Below are positions 47,853-51,963 of a stretch of 51,963 nt of DNA, piece by piece (position 1 is the first letter of the stretch; the number at the start of each line of letters is the position of its first letter). Origin of the DNA: Clostridiales bacterium (GTDB lineage Bacteria; Bacillota; Clostridia; Christensenellales; UBA1242). Both the position numbers and the translations under genes were made by a program. Below the pieces are notes generated by a model, which worked only from the letters and a program-made list of their open reading frames with translations, had not been told where the DNA came from and did no database searches. The stretch lies in NCBI GenBank assembly GCA_050872745.1, contig JBNMHL010000002.1, forward strand, positions 1 through 51,963. The letters run 5' to 3'.

Positions 47853-49817
47853 TTATTTTTTCTTAGTTTCAAATGTGTCTACTTTATTAAAGTTTGCATT
47901 CTCAATAATATATTTTTTTCTTTCAGTGATATTATCACCCATTAAAATATCAATCATTCTTTCTGCCTCAGCAGCATCTTCCAAGTTTACTTGAACCAAA
48001 ACCCTTTTTGATGGATCCATAGTTGTTTCCCAAAGTTGCTCCGCGGTCATTTCACCTAAACCTTTAAATCTTTGCACGGTATAACCAGTTGTTGCCTTAC
48101 CCACAACCTTATCATAATCTTCATCATTATAGATATAATGAACAACACCATTTTTAGTAATTTTATATAGCGGAGCAATTCCAATATAAACGTGACCATC
48201 AATAATAAGCTGACGCATATACCTATAGAAAAATGTTAATAAAATTGCACGGATATGTGCGCCATCTTGATCGGCATCGGCTAAAATAACAACTTTATTA
48301 TACTTTAAGTTATCAATATTAAAAGTGTCGCCAATATTGGTTCCTAATGCACTAATGATAGTTCTGATTTCTTCATTTTCAAGTATTTGATTTAGCCTCT
48401 TCTTCTCAACATTTAGAGGTTTTCCTCTTAATGGTAAAATTGCTTGAAAGCTTCTATCACGAGCTTGTTTTGCAGATCCGCCCGCGCTATCACCCTCAAC
48501 GATAAATACTTCATTAAGTAAAGCATTTTTTCCAGTGCAACAGCTAAGTTTTCCAACAAGAGAATAGGTTTCAACAGCACTTTTTTGCCTTGTTAAGTCT
48601 TTAGCTTTCTTTGCTGCTTCCCTTGCCTTTGCAGCAAGTTTTGCTTTATTAACGAGAGTTGTTATAACTTCTTTGCAATTTTTACTATCACCAAATTTAA
48701 TTAAAGCATCATAAACAATATTCTCAACTTCAGTTTTAGCTTCAGGATTTCCAAGCTTAGTTTTAGTTTGACCTTCGAACTGAACATTTTTCATTTTAAT
48801 AGCCAAGATTGCAGTGATACCTTCACGATAATCTTCACCTTGCAAGTTAGCATCTTTTTCCTTTAGTATACCTAATTTTCTTGCAATCTCATTTATAGCT
48901 CGAGTTAAACCAGCTTTTAAACCAGCTTCATGAGTTCCGCCTTCACTTGTTGGAATATTATTAACATAACTAAAGATATTTTCAGAAAAACTATCAGTGT
49001 GTTGAATGGCGCAAACAAGATCCACAACATCGGTCGATCCTTCTATATATATAGGATCTTTATACAAAACGCCCTTACCATTGTTTAAATATTCAATAAA
49101 GTCACGCAACCCATTTGTATATTTATAAGTTTTAACCTCGTGTAAATATTCACCAATTTCATCTTTATTATAATTGTCGGTTAAAATTAACTCAACACCC
49201 TTATTTAAAAAAGCTAACTCTTTCAATCTTTTCTTAATTGTGTCAAAATCAAACTTAAGATCACCAAAAATCAAATCATCAGGCATAAAAGTAACTTTAG
49301 TTCCACTTTTTTTAGTTTTTCCAACGCATTTTAATTGAGTAACTGGAACACCACCCGATACTTTCTTACCTTTTCTGATGCTTTCAAATCTCATATGATA
49401 TTCATAACAATCTTTATAAACGGTTACTTCAAGCCATTTACTCAATGCATTCGTAACACTCGCACCAACACCATGAAGACCACCAGAATATTTATAATTG
49501 TCATTATTAAACTTTCCACCAGCGTGAAGTTGAGTAAAAACAACCTGAACACCACTTACTTTTAAAGTTGGATGCTTATCCACAGGAATTCCACGACCAT
49601 TATCTTCAACCGTTATACTCCCATCAGAATTCATAGTCACTTCTATTCTACTACCATAACCATTACTAATTTCATCAATTGAGTTATCAACTATCTCCCA
49701 TAAAATATGATGAAGTCCTTTTGGACCTGTTGTTCCAATATACATTCCAGGCCTCAACCTAACCGCATCAAGCCCTTCAAGCACCACAATATTTTTACTA
49801 TTATACTCTGCACCCAA
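47853..49817 (-). CDS. parE: Type IIA topoisomerase subunit B (GyrB/ParE family); ParE-like
   Basis: VLEGLDAVRLRPGMYIG, the GHKL ATPase domain, TOPRIM EGDSAGG and DADQDGAHI. I prefer the TTG at 49817, which has a GAGGTG SD 6 nt upstream. The track GTG at 49826 lies inside that SD. Confidence 0.85.
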   Translation of the reverse strand: MGAEYNSKNIVVLEGLDAVRLRPGMYIGTTGPKGLHHILWEIVDNSIDEISNGYGSRIEVTMNSDGSITVEDNGRGIPVDKHPTLKVSGVQVVFTQLHAGGKFNNDNYKYSGGLHGVGASVTNALSKWLEVTVYKDCYEYHMRFESIRKGKKVSGGVPVTQLKCVGKTKKSGTKVTFMPDDLIFGDLKFDFDTIKKRLKELAFLNKGVELILTDNYNKDEIGEYLHEVKTYKYTNGLRDFIEYLNNGKGVLYKDPIYIEGSTDVVDLVCAIQHTDSFSENIFSYVNNIPTSEGGTHEAGLKAGLTRAINEIARKLGILKEKDANLQGEDYREGITAILAIKMKNVQFEGQTKTKLGNPEAKTEVENIVYDALIKFGDSKNCKEVITTLVNKAKLAAKAREAAKKAKDLTRQKSAVETYSLVGKLSCCTGKNALLNEVFIVEGDSAGGSAKQARDRSFQAILPLRGKPLNVEKKRLNQILENEEIRTIISALGTNIGDTFNIDNLKYNKVVILADADQDGAHIRAILLTFFYRYMRQLIIDGHVYIGIAPLYKITKNGVVHYIYNDEDYDKVVGKATTGYTVQRFKGLGEMTAEQLWETTMDPSKRVLVQVNLEDAAEAERMIDILMGDNITERKKYIIENANFNKVDTFETKKK

Positions 49818-50314
49818 AATAATCACCTCATATAATTAATAAAACTTTAAAAGTATGACATACCAATTAGGACTATAAAAACAATTTTATAATCATAAAT
49901 TAAAGTTCTAACTATATTGTTTTAAGTTAAAAATTAAAAAAAATCAAATATATTTCACAAATTTTTAATAATTTATGCAACTTGAAAAAAATCACAATAA
50001 TAAAAATGAAGTGTATTATAAAATAATTTACGCATAAATATTTATATTATTGAATATGTATAAACAATTTACTCATTGATACTGCATTATTATTTAATAA
50101 ATTGTATATTTATTTTTAACAACAACCTTGATTGCGTGTATTTTTATACCGATAATTGTATTATTATACCACACAATACGCTCTTAACAACAACTTTATT
50201 TATTGCATAACTTTGATAATTTATTAATAAAATATAATATAATAAGTTCAAACAAATTAATTATTATATACATCTTGAATTAATCAAAAAAACATTAAAA
50301 TCTCTGAGGGTATT

Positions 50315-51385
50315 ATGAAAATTGTATTAACAGGAGGAGGAACCGCCGGCCATGTTACTCCTAACATCGCACTAATTCCACATCTTAGAAAACACTTTAA
50401 TGAAATATGTTATATCGGTAGCGAAAATGGAATTGAAAATAATCTAATAAAAGATATTAAGGATATAAAATTCTACCCTATAACCACAGTAAAATTTATT
50501 AGAGGCTTTACATTAAAAAACCTACTAATACCTTTTAAACTAATCAAAGGCATAAATGATGCAAAAAAAATATTAAAAACAATTAAACCAACTGTCATAT
50601 TTTCAAAAGGTGGCTTCGTTGCCGTTCCCGTGGTTATTGCAGCAAAGCAATTAAAAATACCCATTATTGCCCATGAAAGCGATTCAACCATGGGACTCGC
50701 AAATAAAATTATTTACAAGTATTGCAATAAAATGTGCTTTAGCTTTAATAATTTCGATAATAAATACAAGAAAAAAGGCTTGCACACTGGTTCTCCTATT
50801 CGTGATGAACTCTTCAATCCATGCAAAAACAATCCATATAACAACCTAGAATTCAACAAAACACATAAAACAATCTTAGTGACAGGCGGTAGCCTAGGGG
50901 CAAGCGCAATAAATAATGTAATATTCAATAACATAGAAGAGCTTACTAAAGAATTTAATATCCTACACATTGTTGGCAAAAACAATTTAAACAAACAACT
51001 TATCAACAAATATAAAAATTACAAACAAATCGAATATTGCAAAGATATGCAAAATGCGTTTGACATTGCCGATATTGTGATTTCAAGAGCTGGTAGCAAC
51101 ACCATATTTGAATTATTAGCACTAAAAAAATTATTCATACTTGTCCCCTTGCCAAAAGGAAACTCTAGGGGTGACCAGATTGACAATGCAAACATATTTA
51201 AAAGCTTGGGTTATTGCGAAGTTATTAATCAAGAAGAATTTAATGTTAATAATTTAAGAAACACATTACTAAAGATGATTAAAAATAAAAATACATATAT
51301 GTTAAAAATGAAAACAGAAAACAGCAAAAACGCTAACAAAGAAATAACAAATATTATCATTATGGAAGCCAAAAGAAATATTTAA
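50315..51385 (+). CDS. murG: UDP-N-acetylglucosamine--N-acetylmuramyl-(pentapeptide) pyrophosphoryl-undecaprenol GlcNAc transferase MurG
   Basis: N-terminal GGGTAGHVTP motif. 356 aa. A GAGGG SD precedes the start. Confidence 0.9.
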   Translation: MKIVLTGGGTAGHVTPNIALIPHLRKHFNEICYIGSENGIENNLIKDIKDIKFYPITTVKFIRGFTLKNLLIPFKLIKGINDAKKILKTIKPTVIFSKGGFVAVPVVIAAKQLKIPIIAHESDSTMGLANKIIYKYCNKMCFSFNNFDNKYKKKGLHTGSPIRDELFNPCKNNPYNNLEFNKTHKTILVTGGSLGASAINNVIFNNIEELTKEFNILHIVGKNNLNKQLINKYKNYKQIEYCKDMQNAFDIADIVISRAGSNTIFELLALKKLFILVPLPKGNSRGDQIDNANIFKSLGYCEVINQEEFNVNNLRNTLLKMIKNKNTYMLKMKTENSKNANKEITNIIIMEAKRNI

Positions 51386-51450
51386 CATTAAAATAACACA
51401 TATCTTAATAAAAAAATTGTAATAATTAAAACAAATTTTTAACAAATTAA

Positions 51451-51492
51451 AAATATGGCAATCAACATCATTTTACCGATTGCCATATTTTT
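51451..51492 (+). terminator. Intrinsic terminator after murG
   Basis: A 13-bp stem AAATATGGCAATC/GATTGCCATATTT with a 14-nt loop, followed by a T-run. Confidence 0.7.
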
Positions 51493-51585
51493 ATTATTAA
51501 TAAAACTCTAGTATTCATATTGACAAATTAAATACAAACTATGCGATAAAAATTTAAGCAAGTTAAAATTTTTAATTGCTATTTC

Positions 51586-51683
51586 AACTCCTTGATAAAT
51601 CAATGTATCACTATTTTGATTCTGCGTCAGTTTATATCAAATGCCACTCCGTGTCGCTTACATAAACTTCCTTGAGTATAAAC
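51586..51683. repeat. Tandem 98-nt unit, copy 1
   Basis: Identical to 51734-51831 at 93 of 98 positions by hand alignment. The period is 148 nt. Confidence 0.9.
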
Positions 51684-51733
51684 AATGTGATGTTGCGTTG
51701 TTCACGTTGTTTACAACCCAAGTTGCTAAACGC

Positions 51734-51831
51734 AACTCCTTGATAAATCATGGTATCATTGTTTTGATTCTGCGTCAGTTTATATCAAATGCCACTCCGT
51801 GTCGCTTGCATAAACTTCCTTGAGTATAAAC
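51734..51831. repeat. Tandem 98-nt unit, copy 2
   Basis: See copy 1. The differences are confined to positions 18, 19, 26, 28 and 75 of the unit. Confidence 0.9.
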
Positions 51832-51841
51832 TATAGGAAGT

Positions 51842-51963
51842 AAATTTTGAAACGAGTTCAAAATTTGTGCTAAAGCACCGCAAAGATACTCTTTGCTCTT
51901 CCAGTTTTGATTAACATCAGTTGCTGGCAAGTATCCCTTCGGGCTGTTTGCCGACAACTTCCG
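51842..51963. repeat. Four-hairpin intergenic element, copy B (inverted homologue of 781-905); truncated by the window end
   Basis: Hairpins lie at 51842-51866, 51867-51878, 51880-51896 and 51920-51958 (CCCUUCGGG tip), with the conserved linker GTTTTGATTAACAT. It aligns with the reverse complement of 781-905. Confidence 0.7.

Noticed and set aside
50275-50301. TTGAAT...TAAAAT as the murG promoter.
   Set aside because: The spacer is only 15 nt, and the implied transcription start would fall at or after the murG SD.
49827-50314. The long AT-rich gap next to gyrB-like and murG as a replication origin.
   Set aside because: I found no TTATCCACA-type DnaA boxes by eye; the closest is TTATACCACA, which has an extra base. 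There is no dnaA or dnaN nearby. The GCTCTTAACAA string at about 50181 only loosely resembles boxA.
51586-51831. The tandem repeats as a CRISPR array, or as a DGR template/variable-repeat pair.
   Set aside because: The unit is 98 nt, there are only two copies, and no cas genes are present. The five differences between copies are not adenine-specific, and there is no reverse transcriptase or target gene in the window.
51641-51957. Two 60-aa ORFs (51641-51823 on plus, 51775-51957 on minus) and the minus-strand mini-ORF AAGGAAGTTTATG-CAA-GCG-ACA-CGG-AGT-GGC-ATT-TGA inside the 98-nt units.
   Set aside because: The ORFs are produced by reading through repeats and hairpins. The mini-ORF is not conserved between the two units, because copy 1 reads ATG-TAA, so a leader peptide is unlikely.
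1-51963. An alternative genetic code (TGA read as Trp) or stop-codon recoding, given the very low GC and the premature TAG in rarA.
   Set aside because: Long genes (smc, valS, topA) are uninterrupted under the standard code. Reading through the rarA TAG gives further stops, whereas a 1-nt frame change restores the protein.
1-51963. A mobile element, prophage or defence island hidden in the window, including the idea that the inverted copies at 781 and 51963 are the ends of a composite element.
   Set aside because: The window contains no transposase, integrase, recombinase, restriction-modification, toxin-antitoxin or cas-like ORFs. The genes between the two copies are core housekeeping genes in conserved Firmicute synteny.

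Overview
This is a low-GC (about 30%) chromosomal window from a spore-forming Firmicute, probably Clostridia-like. The evidence is pro-sigma-K, YlbJ, a type-A RNase P RNA, and a B. subtilis-like dprA-topA-trmFO-hslVU block and plsX...rnc-smc-ftsY-ylxM-ffh-rpsP-rimM-trmD block. Nearly all of it is densely packed housekeeping genes, mostly on the minus strand: Fe-S assembly, HslUV, TopA, SRP/ribosome biogenesis, SMC, Pta-AckA, ValS, a type IIA topoisomerase pair and MurG. I see no transposase, integrase, phage, CRISPR-cas or recognisable defence genes.

The non-routine signals are all non-coding or small:
- A near-perfect four-way-junction (cloverleaf-shaped) palindromic element lies between the topoisomerase operon and a YkvI-type membrane protein gene, followed by an intrinsic terminator.
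- A roughly 125-nt four-hairpin element occurs twice, in inverted orientation, at 781-905 and 51842-51963. Each copy abuts a gene start, and the hairpins are kept despite sequence change.
- Two tandem 98-nt units lie upstream of the second copy.
- rarA carries a 1-nt frameshift.
- A well-signalled 45-aa ORF is missing from the ORF track.
- There are two orphan ORFs and several synteny deviations.

All calls rest on reading the sequence and on remembered family motifs. No database search was run.
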